64,000 nucleotides of DNA from Apteryx mantelli (lineage: Eukaryota). Positions 23,851 through 36,154 of this stretch are shown piece by piece; within the stretch, counting starts at the first letter, position 1, and each line of letters begins with the position of its first letter. The translations under genes and the position numbers were made by a program. Below the pieces are notes generated by a model that was not told the DNA's origin, did not search any database, and worked only from the letters and a program-made list of their open reading frames with translations. The stretch covers positions 20,838,000 to 20,901,999 of the forward strand of contig NC_089978.1 of NCBI RefSeq assembly GCF_036417845.1. Direction: 5' to 3'.

Positions 23851-26382
23851 GTGAGTGTTTAGTAGTTATACAATGATTCTATACCATTCAAGGGACAGTG
23901 CACGATATACCTCTAAAATGGACTGAATTATCAGGTTTTGTTACGGTGCAGCGTTGATTGATGTGAATATGATGTTCTCTCTAGAGCTAATGGGATTGCA
24001 GAACAGACATATTTACCATAACCTATACTAGAACCAAATGGAAGTAAATTCAGAAAACTGAAAATAATGACATTGTTCAGTTTTTAATTTTGAAAAGCTG
24101 TCTATTTATAGAAGCTAGTGAAATAGGATATATAGGCTTTAGGCTTGTTTTCTCTGCTTTTCAGTGTTTATTTTCAGGTATTTTATAGTATAACTTTCTG
24201 CTGAGTTAAAACAAAACAAATTTTCTGTGTGTTATTAGAAGACACTGATGATGGGGGGAGTACTTGGTCATCTCTTGAATATTTACAGAACTTCCTGTTC
24301 CTTTTGAAATAGTTTTCAGTTGTGTAAACATTATATATTTTTGGAAAGTTATTCTGCAGATTTGCCTGTGATTTTATTTAATGTTCTTGACCTTGACTTT
24401 TAACTGGGTTATAACTGACCTCTGTCTTTTTTAAGTAATTAAAAATGGGTAAATATGGTGAAATAAGGTTAAAGGGATGGTTTAAGAGATTAATGGTTCT
24501 AGAAATGAAATAATCAATGACTAGATCTTAATACAGAGAAGAATGATATGGCCCTCAGTTACACACTTATATAGTCACTTCAGGTTTGTTCCTACTGAGT
24601 AGTTACATTGTTAAACAACTTGGACCTTTGCTCAGGCCTAAACCTACCTCGAAAATACTGGTTACTAACCAGTTGCACTCAAATGTGTATTGATCAAGTA
24701 TGGAAAGAGCACTGTGCTTGGAATGTGAAAACTTCTGTTTGGCTTCAGGAAAGTTCAGTAGTTGTGAGCAGTTGATGACATTTTGTTTATACTTAAGGCA
24801 TTTAAAATTAATACAACAATAGTTTGTGACTCAGTTCCATCTTCTGGTTCTTTCTTTGACAGAACCAAATGAATAAACTTTTTGTGAACTAGCTGTCATC
24901 CGAACTACTCTTTGTGCATAGCGGTTACCTATCTTAGCTAACTTAGGTCTTGAGACTATACTATGTACCATATAAGTCATCCAACTAATAAGCACAGGAT
25001 TTTCCCAGAAAGTTTTGACTTTACTTTTAAACAGGATATAAAAAAGCATAATTACATTGCAGGAACTGGAGCATATTTAGTCCCTTTCAGTCTCTGTATT
25101 TGCAATTCTATTTTTTGTCACAAAACAATTGTTTTGGGGGGAAAAAAAATTCAACTGCAGTAGAAATGTATTGAAGGATCAGTGTCTAAGTAGTTTCAAA
25201 AAAAAAAAAAACCTTTATATAGCAGCTTCATAAATTAGGACATAAAATATCTACAATCCTTAACAGAAGCCACACAGTTTGAGTAAAGTATTCAAGAATA
25301 CAGAAAAGTGCAAGTCCTATTTACCAATATTATTTTAGCACTTAGGAACTCAAGTCTGACTGAAGTTCACTGGGCCTTAAAAGCATAACTGTTTGATTTA
25401 TGCTTTTAATTTCCAGGTAATACCTGCTTTTGGTATCTAATCATTGTGATCCATAAGCCTTTTCTGAATTGCTTTGTAAATCCCAAAGTACATCACCATG
25501 TCACAGTCAGGAATCCCAGAATCCTAAAAATCATCTTCTGAGTATTTCTTAAGGTACGTCTGTCTTGACACTGCTAAGCAGCTCAGTCCTGAGTCCACAG
25601 TCTGTCACCTGAGGAAGTGCATCCCAAGGCTGTGTTCATACCAGACTCCTTAACTAGAGGTGGTGAGCGTGCTGTTCCCCACCCAGGCCTTTACACCATA
25701 GCTAAGGAGAGCGTTCAGCTGGCAAGGATAAAGATGAGAGAGAAAATCTGGCTCTGGTGCTTAGTGTAATCACAAGAAGGGAAGGACATGAATCCCAGTG
25801 ACTGCTCAGTCCAGTAACTATGGTATGTAAAATGCATACATCTTGTGGAAGGTGGGATTGCAACCCAAATTTTTCTCCTCTCAAGTGTATTTTTTAATTG
25901 GGAGGTCTAAGTTACTACCTCCAAATAACTTGAACTATAATGCCAAGATGTTTAGTTCAGCCAAGACAGTGCGTTATCTGAGTGTTCTCAGAATTTTTAG
26001 TGCAAGGTAAGTCTGCTTGTAAAAACTAGATGCTAATGAACTCTGAGCCACATAGAGATATATGGAGTTTTATATGTCACGTCTTTGAATTTAGGTCCCA
26101 AAATGTCAAATAAGATAATTTCATCTGAGTTTAAGCATGAAAAAACATTTTTGGTTTATCTCTAAATGTCTCTAAGTAGCACTTGATTTTAGTCACTAGG
26201 TTTTTAGTATCTCCAGTGATTTCAGTAAATGCTCTGTTATCTTTTTTTCTCTAACAGTTGCAAAAAAAAAATTGAACATTAATTTGAGATTTACAATCAG
26301 CCTTTATCTCTTAGCAGTAGATTGATCTCGAATGCACTTTCTAAGTCATATGATCTCAAAGATAATTTCAAATTCCTTGCAG

Positions 26383-26520
26383 TGACTGTCCAGTGAGAAT
26401 TTTACAAGTATATAGGGTCAGCAGAATAGGTGAAACAGCAGAATTTCTGAGCAGTCTTGGAAATATTCAGTCCCTATTCCATGCATCACCTGTGCGCAAC
26501 TTTGTGGGAATTCTTTGCAG
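26383..26520 (+). CDS. PARP4: PARP4 coding exon 10 (start of PARP catalytic region)
   Basis: The translation '..ETAEFLSSLGNIQSLFHASPVRNFVGILCR' matches human 'ETTEFLSKLGNVRPLLHGSPVQNIVGILCR'. The donor is 'cag|gtaaaa'. Confidence 0.8.
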
Positions 26521-27670
26521 GTAAAAATTTACATTACCTTTTTTTATGAAGCTGAATCAGGATTAATTATTTTCTTAAGTATATTTTGACTTAATAAATT
26601 GATTTTTATAAAGTCCTTTTACATTATGTTTAACCTAATTGTTTACTGTTAACATTTATATAGATATGTCAGTATACTTCTACAGACCTCTAGAAGGAAA
26701 ATCGGTCTTTTGTAATGTTGAATTTAATTACTCTCCAAGTGGGTTAGACTTGAGATGCAAGTGTTTGGATATGGTGGTGAGGAGCATAGTTTAAATCCAC
26801 ATGAAAGACAACAGAATGGAGAAAGTAGGGAGAATAATGGCTGTGTGGATAATTTATCCTGTATTTCAGGAAAGAATTCCAATGATGTCCTCCTCCTACC
26901 TCTATACGTTATTTCTCCATGACCACTTTATGATCATTTAAAAATATGCCACTTAATTTTCTGGAGTAACCTGGCATCTTGTTCTATGACCAAATTCCAT
27001 GGGTTCTCTCAAACATGGCAATAATGTTCATGGCTAAAATAATATAACCTAATACTGCCTACATTATATTTAAATCCCCATCACATGTGATGAATACCAG
27101 ATACTGAAAATTCAAGGATGTTGAAAAGAGCATGTCTGATGTATAATACCATCAAAACTAAATTTATTTCAAAAGTCGTATTAGCATTCTGTTTTCCTCA
27201 CACTGCAGACTTTAACTGTAGATTACAAAACTGTTGAACTTACTTAAATGTTTTGTCTTTTTATATTCCTTTTATGTAAAAGGTTTACGTGGGCATCCAT
27301 CAGTAATAAATCAAATGTCTTATAAAAAGTCTAAGGATGGTATCTCTACACTAATATGTTTGCAAATCAAACACTGAAAATGTTTCCAAGTATCATTCCC
27401 CCTCATTCTGCCTTTAAAACTCCTTTTTTTACTTAGATGCATTCTGCTAAACATAGGAAAAGCAAACAGTCTTTATTGCTTATATTAATCAGTCTTGATG
27501 ACTAGTATTGCCTTGGGATTTATTTTTTTGATGAATAGGCTTCCTTGAGTCTCTATGGGTGGTTTCTGTAAAGTGTATTTTGTTTTAATCCTCTGTAATT
27601 AGTTATTGCACAATTTGAGTTAGCCCAAATGCTATATACAAAAAACATCAAATATCTTGAGCTTCACTTG

Positions 27671-27716
27671 TGGTTTGTTTTTTTGTTTTGTTTTTTGTTT
27701 GTTTTTTTGTTCCCCC
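27671..27716. repeat. (TTTG/TTTTG)n microsatellite immediately upstream of PARP4 exon 11
   Basis: The run reads 'gtttgtttttttgttttgttttttgtttgtttttttgtt'. Confidence 0.85.
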
Positions 27717-27726
27717 CACCTTCTAG

Positions 27727-27825
27727 AGGACTCCTTATGCCAAAAGTGGTCGTTGAAGATCATGGCCTGGAGAGAACTGACGCTGGGAATCTGGGCAGTG
27801 GCATTTACTTCAGTGATTCTATTAG
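27727..27825 (+). CDS. PARP4: PARP4 coding exon 11 (PARP catalytic)
   Basis: The translation 'GLLMPKVVVEDHGLERTDAGNLGSGIYFSDSI' matches human 'GLLLPKVVEDRGVQRTDVGNLGSGIYFSDSL'. The acceptor is 'ttctag' and the donor is 'attag|gtctga'. Confidence 0.85.
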
Positions 27826-28042
27826 GTCTGAATGACCATGGTATCTTCTTTATTTTGCCTTTTCTGTATTCTTTTGACTTTCCAAGTTAAGTAGATACAA
27901 TGTTTAATACTTATAAGGTAATTTAATCATAAAATTTATTCCTGACCATTTTTCCAGAAATACTTGTGAATTCTTAAGCTTTTATGACATTTATATTTAC
28001 ATCAATTTTAATAAAATGTCTATGATCTTTCTTTACATATAG

Positions 28043-28226
28043 TGCCAGTGTTAAGTATTCTTCGCCCAGTGTGATGGATGGAACTCGACTCCTGGCAGTT
28101 TGTGATGTGGCACTTGGCTCCTGCTTGGATTTGTATCAACGAAATTTTTCATTAAATAGTGCACCATCAGGTTATGACAGTGTGCATGGAGTTCATAAAA
28201 CAACAGATGTCTCCTCAGATTTTGAG
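28043..28226 (+). CDS. PARP4: PARP4 coding exon 12 (PARP catalytic)
   Basis: The translation 'DGTRLLAVCDVALGSCLDLYQRNFSLNSAPSGYDSVHGVHKT..SDFE' matches human 'DGTRLLLICDVALGKCMDLHEKDFSLTEAPPGYDSVHGVSQT..TDFE'. The donor is 'gag|gtactg'. Confidence 0.85.
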
Positions 28227-28974
28227 GTACTGTTCCTACGGTATTGGGCACTTGAAAAGACACCAAGTTTGGATGTATTGTACCAGTGATAGATAATAGA
28301 ATGTAACCTGTATTTCAGTTCAGACACTAAATCACTAGATAGCAGTGAGTAAAATGACTATCTGTCTTACTATCTGTAAAGTGCATATAAAACTTCTAAG
28401 GCTCTCTTTATTACTATTTGTAAAAAGATTTAAAATTTTTGCAAGAAAAAATAATTAAATGAAAAAACAATTTTATTATATCTGAATTATTGTATAAATA
28501 TCTGAGATTTGATATTGGAGTTGTTATTTGGAAATGATATCCTGCCTTGTATGGAATAAGAAGTAACCACCATGGAAGGTTCATTGTTTTGTAAGTGAAC
28601 CCAACTACCATAGTCTCTGTCCTTATTAAGGCCTATACTCCAAGGCAGGGATTATAGCTGTACCAGTACACAAATACAGTTGCTGTCTAGGTATCCATTG
28701 AAGTTTGGATTTGGGGTGTTTTATTGTTAATTCTTTTGAGGAAATGTTGTGCTTTAGAGAGAGGAGGGACTGTGGAGAATACAAAATAAGAAGGTAGAAG
28801 AGATGCAAATGCAGGTGTTAGAGTGCTTAGGGGAGTGAAAAAAACTGGCAGATTTTTATTATTTATCCAATACGATGTGCCATTTAGATTCACCTCTTAA
28901 TCAGTTTGCAGGTTTTTTTGAAATAATACCTGTGGCTTTGCTTTTCTTGTAAAATGTCTTTCTTTTTCCACCAG

Positions 28975-29131
28975 GATGATGAATTTGTTGTGTATAAAAC
29001 CAATCAGGTTAAAATTAGATATGTTGTTAAGTTTTGTGTTGCTGAAGACCATGTAAAACCATTTCAGCCTGGAACTGGGGTGGAACTGGAGCGAGATCAG
29101 CCAGTGTCACAACATCCTTTACAGCATGAAA
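28975..29131 (+). CDS. PARP4: PARP4 coding exon 13 (end of catalytic domain)
   Basis: The translation 'DDEFVVYKTNQVKIRYVVKF' matches human 'DDEFVVYKTNQVKMKYIIKF'. The acceptor is 'ttccaccag' and the donor is 'gaaa|gtaaga'. Confidence 0.85.
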
Positions 29132-29657
29132 GTAAGAAATGTTTTCTGTTTGTAGCTTGATTGCTTCAAGAATATCCTAAATATTTATCAGAACCCTTTC
29201 TAGAGTACTTGTATGAAACTAACATTTTAATAAAAATTAATTTGCAGTTGATTTGCAGATGTTGCCAAATTAGACATGACCATGTGGCATCTTTATAGCA
29301 TCTGTTTAACAGATTTCCTATAGGCGTAATTACCGAGAGCAGTTGCAACTCCTTCTGTCAGAGCGTGTTTCAAGAGACCTAGCAGGAAATGCTTTTGCAT
29401 AAATCATCAGATGGTCTTAAATAATTCCAATCCAAGTTTTAAAACAAAGGCTTCATAAGACCTTAAAGACCTATCATGCTCAGGTAGCAATGAAACACAA
29501 GTATTCCTAAAAGAAACGGAGTATTACTTTTAATTTGTGTCTTCTGAATTGCATAGATAAATATGGGCCATTGATGGATAGGATTATTTTCAGACCACTT
29601 TCCTGGATATATATTTCAAAAGCTAACTTTCTAATCTTTCTTAAACTCTTTGTTTAG

Positions 29658-29782
29658 GCTATGCCCTCCCAAGTGTGAATCTTGTGAATGCTGTAAAAAC
29701 TGGTCTTCAGGACAGATTGGGAAATCTTGTCCCTCTGAAAAGTGTTAACATCAAGGGGAGGATAATAGACTTTGTAGCACAG
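29658..29782 (+). CDS. PARP4: PARP4 coding exon 14
   Basis: The translation '..TGLQDRLGNLVPLKSVNIKGRIIDFVAQ' matches human 'AGLQDASGNLVPLEDVHIKGRIIDTVAQ'. The donor is 'cag|gtagag'. Confidence 0.85.
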
Positions 29783-31487
29783 GTAGAGTACACTACTTAC
29801 TGTCCTTTTCCATTATGGAGGTCTGAAATATTATTCCAGTTGTTATATAGCACTTTAGTTGTTTAAAAAAAAAAAAGGAAAAAAAAATGGCAATTCTATC
29901 TCTAAATGAAGACAAGTTCTGAAACTGAGAGAAAGCAAATTTTATTCTTAGAGAAGCACAGTCAAACAAATGCCAAAAACTCTTTGGTCAGTGAAAGGCT
30001 TGGCTTTATTTTTCAAAGTTTTTTTTTTTTTCTGCCTCTGAGTCATCTAGTCAGCACTGAAAAGGAACTTTTTGCAGCAGCTTACGCATTCTCTTCTCTA
30101 TTGAAAACTTTATTGCTAATCGTTTGGCTAACTGAATTAGAAACCAGTAAGAAATGCGTGGTATGATTAAAGGTCTCTGGAATTACATTTCTGTGGTTTG
30201 TTTTTAACTTTGGTTAGACAACCTAAATTAGCTGTCTCAAGTAAAAAGAACTTCCTATTCTAACCTGAAAATTAGCTAATAAAAGTTAGCCAAGCAAAGT
30301 TAAGGGCTTACCTTATTTTTTTTTTTTAATATATATGCCCTACAAATATGTTTTGTTACATCAAGTCATGGGTCTTTTCCTATCCTGCAATGTAATTCCA
30401 CAATTTTCCCCCTGCAACTGAGTTCTGTATAGAGTGGTCTCAACCACGCTAAAGCCTGGTTCTACTGAATTCTGGCATGCATGTCTCGCTGCATGGGAAT
30501 CTGTTTTCAGGGTTTTCCAGTGCCAAAGTAGCTCCTTAAAAGCAAATTATGTTGTTATTTGTTGCTAAAGCCTTAGTAAAGAGAGCAGGGAAAAAACAGG
30601 AAAAAAAAAAAAGAGATTTTAAAGAAGCCTGTGCTTATATTATTCTGACACTGGCAACTGTTGTCTGGTCAGTCTGATTCTGATTTGAGCAACTGTTCCT
30701 CTCATGAGAGAATGTCTTTTTTTAGTCTGTTTTTCTATGGAAATGAATTACTATCTAGTAGCATCTGTTCTATGACCCAGTCTACCAAAGCAGAAAATAG
30801 TCTCCAAGGCTGAGGAATAGAGCATAAATCAGAAATGATCAGATGACAAGGGACAACAAAAGTGCCAGCAAAGGGAGATGAGAAATTCCTGGAATCTTGT
30901 TAGGACACAAGAAGTGAACAGAAGAACAGATGTAGGAAGAAAGTCGGACTATCTGCCACCTGAAAGACAGAAATTCTGTCATTAGAAGATAGATACTACA
31001 CCTATAGAAGCGATATTGGCTTTTTCAAACATCCCTTTCAGTATATCTTAAAAATAGACCAATTTTCTTTGAAGGTTTAATCTTCCTTCTTGTTTAGTCT
31101 TTACGGCCTTGAAACTATCTTAGACATATTGCAGTGGTGGCTTTTTAATGTGGACTCTTCTTTTGTAAAGAGTAGTTTGACAGCTCTAGCTCTGCCAGTA
31201 CACCAAATGAGCTTTAGAAGGCCATGGCTTACTCTTCTTGTGGAAGAGATTTGATTAATGATTTAGAGTTTAAAAGTTCCACAGCTCCTTGCATGTTTCT
31301 GGATGTACCTATTCCTCAAGCACTGGCGAACGTTTTACACTTATTTCTAATGTACACATAAGTCTTCCAGTTAGGGCGTACTTATTGACATTTTGCAGTA
31401 CAAAGCAGTTATGCTGTTACACTTGAAATACTGCTGTTTTTATCGTATTTTAATGTTACAGAGTTATGAAAGAAATACTCATTTCAG

Positions 31488-31619
31488 GTAGTGATGTTTC
31501 AGACTTACACCAATCAAAACAGTAGTCCGATTGAAGCTAAATATGTCTTTCCTTTGGATGATAAAGCTGCTGTGTGTGGATTTGAAGCTTTTATCAATGG
31601 AAAACACATCATTGGAGAG
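31488..31619 (+). CDS. PARP4: PARP4 coding exon 15 (VIT domain)
   Basis: The translation 'VVMFQTYTNQNSSPIEAKYVFPLDDKAAVCGFEAFINGKHIIGE' matches human 'VIVFQTYTNKSHVPIEAKYIFPLDDKAAVCGFEAFINGKHIVGE'. Confidence 0.9.
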
Positions 31620-31806
31620 GTAAAATGTTATTGCACTTTGATGCATCCAATCTCAAGATTTGAAAGCACTTAATTTTGTTTTTTCTCAAGTTCTTTGTTG
31701 TTACCACTTGACCAGATTTCAAGGTAGTCATGTCATTTGAAATAATATTGGCTAAGTGTTCTGTATATATAAATGAAATAACTCATTTTGGAACAATCTT
31801 TCGTAG

Positions 31807-31893
31807 GTTAAAGAAAAGAAACAAGCACATAGGGAATATAGCAAAGCTATCAGTCAGGGTGATGGAGCTTATCTAATGGACCAGGATGCACCG
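31807..31893 (+). CDS. PARP4: PARP4 coding exon 16 (VIT)
   Basis: The translation 'VKEKKQAHREYSKAISQGDGAYLMDQDAP' matches human 'IKEKEEAQQEYLEAVTQGHGAYLMSQDAP'. The donor is 'ccg|gtatgt'. Confidence 0.85.
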
Positions 31894-32449
31894 GTATGTT
31901 GAATATGGTGGTTTGTTTACCTATATGAAAATTTTGTAATGGTCAGATTAGAGACAGATTATCTGGACATGAGTGAATATTCCCTTGGAATCTTTACAGA
32001 ATCATGTCTTTATTGGGAAGTTCCTTTTTATTGGAACTTATTTAGACAGTACATGTGATCACTTTTAAAAACTAGTATTTTTTCTTTCAGTATGTCCTAC
32101 AGCTTATATAAGATACTTCTCTTTCTGGAGCTTTTCTTTGTAGAGAAATCCAAACTTTTTTTGTAAAAGAATAATTTTTTTTTTTTAGTTAATATTGGTC
32201 AGTTTGGCCCAGAAATCTTAAAGAACTATTAAAGGTTTGTCATTTCAAATAGTACTTTCTGTGCTAGCATTTGGTCTCAGCATATGTAAACAACAATTAA
32301 ATTTGGGGGAGGGGGGAGTGCAGGCTTTAACAATGTCATTAAAGCTAGCCACTTTGTTATAGGTAAACGTGACAAATCGTAACGACCACTCTAACTGGGT
32401 TGCATAAATTCCAATTTAATAAAATAACTGAGCAAGTCACAAGTAAGCA

Positions 32450-32830
32450 AAACAGCGCTGGGCGGCCAGGGAGCCTCCGCTCCACCAACGGCGCGCAAAA
32501 TTCCCCCGCTCACAGTCTCCTTATATGCGGCTCTAGTTCCGGGTATACGTGGCACTTCCTGTAACTTCTGCGGTTGCGCCGACTGTTGCTAGGGGGTCTT
32601 CTGCAGCGGGGATGAAGGCTGCAGTCTTCCTCGGCGTTGTGAGTGATGACCTTCAGGTCGTGTGCACACATTTCACAATACAGTTGTGCAGTACCGCCAT
32701 ATTAGGTAATCTAAACTAACATTGCAGTTTCGCTAGCTCAGTGGAATCATCTCGGGTGGGGGACATGTTTTCGTTACAGGATGTTGTAGTTTAGCCCGTA
32801 CTTAGCGCCTAGTTTCATCGTACAATCACT
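32450..32830. promoter_or_regulatory. Orphan CpG-rich, promoter-like block inside PARP4 intron 16
   Basis: A roughly 380-bp island of high CpG density lies in otherwise AT-rich intron. It contains 'ccttatatg' (TATA-like, 32519-32527), GGAA/ETS-like 'cacttcctg', a TGATGA box, a tRNA-like A-box 'tagctcagtgg' (32735-32745) and a T4 run (32768-32771). No ORF of 60 aa or more overlaps it. Confidence 0.45.
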
Positions 32831-32911
32831 TCCCGAGTTGATGTAACAAATTAGCACGTATCACAACTTCCTCTCCCCTTCTCTCTCCCCCTCCCCCACT
32901 TTTTTTTTAAG

Positions 32912-33076
32912 GATATTTTTGTAATAAGTGTTGGAAACTTACCTCCCGACTCTACAGTTCTCATCAAAATCTCCTATATCACTGAACTGAGTTTTCATAA
33001 TGGTTGTATCTCCTTTCATTTGCCTGCTTCTGTGTCACCATGGCAACAGGACAAAGCATTAAATGAGAACACACAG
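32912..33076 (+). CDS. PARP4: PARP4 coding exon 17 (VIT)
   Basis: The translation 'DIFVISVGNLPPDSTVLIKISYITELS..SPWQQDKALNENTQ' matches human 'DVFTVSVGNLPPKAKVLIKITYITELS..APWQQDKALNENLQ'. Confidence 0.85.
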
Positions 33077-33892
33077 GTTTGTTAAAAGTCTTAAAATAGC
33101 GTCTTCGGCATCTTTTTGTTTTGAAGCAGAAGTTCTGTGCCTAGCAGATTGTAGTTACGCAAGAGGCTTCTGTACAGTCATGATTATTTTCCTTTTAGTC
33201 TCTTATTAAAAGATAATTGCTTGCAACCTTTCTTGTCGTAACGAGGGTGCCAAAAAGCAATGTGAGCACAAACTTAAGCAGGAGTGCTGCAATTGGTAGA
33301 AAGCTTCTAACTATCTCTGAGGATTTATTTACACCTGCAGTACTTAGAAAGCTGACTTAAGTTGAAACATGTTATATGTCATATAGTTAGACATATAGTG
33401 TCAACAGTTAGATGTCATATTTTGTTCTGCATTATCTGGTGCTTCTGTACTGCTGTTCCTCCTTCACAAGATGTTTGCAGACATTTACAATGCATTTGTT
33501 TGCAAGAAAGACACTACCTCCATCATGAAACAACAGCTGAGCATCCGCTAAACACTCTATTATCCTTCTCTGCTTCATGGACAAGGTTGCCCATCTGTTT
33601 CCTTGGGTGCCCTTGATGGCTCCAGAGTTCTCCAGGTGGGAGGGGAGGTCATCTCTCTGTTTAAATGCTGGTTCTTTGTGATGCAGCTCCTGTGAAATCA
33701 TACAGCTGTATCAGATTTCCAACTTTTCGACAAACCTGCCTTCTACCTCAAAGCTGTATTATGCTGAGTTCTGCAGTTTAATTGTGGGAGAGAAGCATAT
33801 GCAGGTTCATCTGAATTTTAGCTACTGTTATGCTCAGATAACATCTATATGAATAAATAAAGTAGAGAGGGTTCCATGCAATTCCAGCTTAG

Positions 33893-33955
33893 CAATATAA
33901 GTGGAATGAAATATGAAATATGAATATAAGTGGAATGAAAGTGGAGTAGCATACA
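33893..33955. repeat. Tandem repeat 'aatataagtggaatgaaa', about 3 copies
   Basis: The direct repeats are visible in the sequence. Confidence 0.8.
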
Positions 33956-34002
33956 AGTATTTTTAAAGTGATGCAGTTTAAAAGTTCTTTTTTATTTTGT
34001 AG

Positions 34003-34049
34003 GATATGGTAAAAAAGGTTTATGTTAAACAAGTAGATACACGAAAGAA
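34003..34049 (+). CDS. PARP4: PARP4 coding exon 18 (short, 47 nt)
   Basis: The acceptor is 'ttattttgtag' and the donor is 'aa|gtaagt'. The translation 'DMVKKVYVKQVDTRK' corresponds to human 'DTVEKICIKEIGTKQ', and the exon is in phase with its neighbours. Confidence 0.7.
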
Positions 34050-35486
34050 GTAAGTTGCTTTCATTAATATTAATCTGCTTTATTGTCAATACTTTAGATC
34101 ATTAAAGTAAAACATCGTTTTAAATTAACTTTTTTTCTCTTTGTATGGAAATTGTGATGTCAGGTAGCATTATCAAGAGATGAAAGTAATTTCACTTCTC
34201 ATTCTCATCTATTGTTATTCTTAGCTATTATCATAGGGGAATAATTTTTAATTAAGCATCATTCTTTTTTTTCTTCACTAAATACTTCATTTTGTTTCTT
34301 TTACTAAGGTTTTTATATAAATTCCCAAGTCACATAACCTAGTGAGCCTCGCATGATCTTCATATTTGCAGTATCATTGCACTTAATACTTTAGCCTTTC
34401 TTTCCACTTGCATTTTAAATAAAAATTCACAATCATTTGAAACTATGATGTTACTGGTAAAGTAATACTTGTTGGAAACTGATTATTATAATTTTATTTC
34501 CTGTAACACTTCACAGATGGCTGTTCTTAACCAAAACCAAAAGCCATCAGGTAGCAATAACAGTAAATATGCCAAAGAGACAGCTGCTCTTCAAGGAGTT
34601 GGCTTTTCAGTTTAAAAAAAAACAAAACATGAAAATTTCTCATGAGCATGTCCTAGTTTTTTTCTTCTATCTACAAAGCAGGCACAAAACTACATCCGTT
34701 ATTTTCTCAAGTTTTATATTATCTTGAAATGGTGGTTCCTATTATCTTGGTTTTGTTCAGTATATTTACTGCTTGTTAATAGAAATGTTATACTGCTGTG
34801 CTAAAGGTTTGATGCTGTTTCTGCCATGTATCAGGAATAAATTAACCAGTTTGTATAATAGGCATCTAGCTGTAGAAAAGGTATTTAAAATTATAATACA
34901 ATTTTAAATTGATATGAAGGAAAAATTCAACTGAAAAAATTGGGAAACACGTAAGAATAGATATTGTGTGGGAAAAGAGATCAGGTATCTCAGGGACGGA
35001 AAATACCGTCTGACAGACTGGTTTTTAATCTGGCTACAAAATCAACTAACAAGAACCAATGACTGCAATCCGAATGAGAGGAGGTGGTGTGCACTTTAAC
35101 AGTAAGGACTGGAACGGTTAGTTAAAGGAAATTATGAACTTGCTCTTTCTGAAATCCAGATTGGTTGTCTGTTAGGAAGTTATGCTTTAGACAAATAAAA
35201 CATTACACTAAATGAGGAGAAAATTGGTTAAAATGCTAGTGTGTTATAGAGATCATGTCAAATGACCTGTTGATCCCTTCTGGCCTTTGAAGGTGAATCA
35301 GCAAGGTTATTTTTTGAGTATCCTAGGGACAGAAACTTGTCTAGGTAGTTTGCTATTCCACACTTCTATCCAAAGAATTAAAAAGGACAGGAAACATAGC
35401 TCATTTTCATGGAGATGTCATGGCATGCAGATTAAATATCTTCCATTCTAGAATGCCATTTGATCGCTTCCTTTCTCTTTATATAG

Positions 35487-35568
35487 TGGATTTTCCTTGG
35501 ACATGTCTATTGAGATGCCGTACAGTATTGAATGCATACATAGTTGGACACATGAACTTAAAATAAAG
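35487..35568 (+). CDS. PARP4: PARP4 coding exon 19
   Basis: The translation 'GFSLDMSIEMPYSIECIHSWTHELKIK' matches human 'SFSLTMSIEMPYVIEFIFSDTHELKQK'. Confidence 0.85.
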
Positions 35569-36016
35569 GTAAATTAATTTCACTATAACTATGCATCTGC
35601 CTTTGCAGTTCTGCTGTATATTTTAAAAGGACATTTTATGCTAGGAGGTGTGTGTACTAGATCTGTCTGGTTTGTACAGAGGGTTCATTGTGCAGACTGG
35701 TTGTTCCTGTCTCAGATGAAAACTTCTCTTGTGCTTGAAGCTTTAAAATACCTTAAAAACTTATATTCTTTAAAATATCATTTACTTGAATGTATTTTAA
35801 AATACATTACATAAGTAGAAACTGCACCTTGTAAACTTTGTATAAACTTTTTAGCAAAAACCTTTGGGACTACTCATTAAATGTGCTGTCTTCATTCCCT
35901 GTCCTCACAAATCACAAGTTTGTTTTAAAACATGCTGTTTGGCACAAGTAATTACCATTTACTGTACTGTTATTGCTAAATAAATATTTAAATGACTGGA
36001 TTTTTTTCTTTTCTAG

Positions 36017-36154
36017 AAAACAGATTGCAAGGCTGTAATTAAGACTGTGGAGAACAGCTCTTTGGACGTTAGTGGCTTTGCTCTAGAAATCTGGATTTCT
36101 CAAGTCTATCTACCCCGGATGTGGGTAGAGAAGCATCCCAACAAAAGGAGTGAG
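36017..36154 (+). CDS. PARP4: PARP4 coding exon 20
   Basis: The translation 'TDCKAVIKTVENSSLDVSGFALEIWISQVYLPRMWVEKHPNKRSE' matches human 'TDCKAVISTMEGSSLDSSGFSLHIGLSAAYLPRMWVEKHPEKESE'. Confidence 0.9.

Noticed and set aside
32735-32771. tRNA or vault-RNA gene suggested by the A-box 'tagctcagtgg'
   Set aside because: No B-box (GGTTCGANNCC) lies within 30-60 nt, and no cloverleaf is evident. It is kept only as part of the orphan CpG-island finding.
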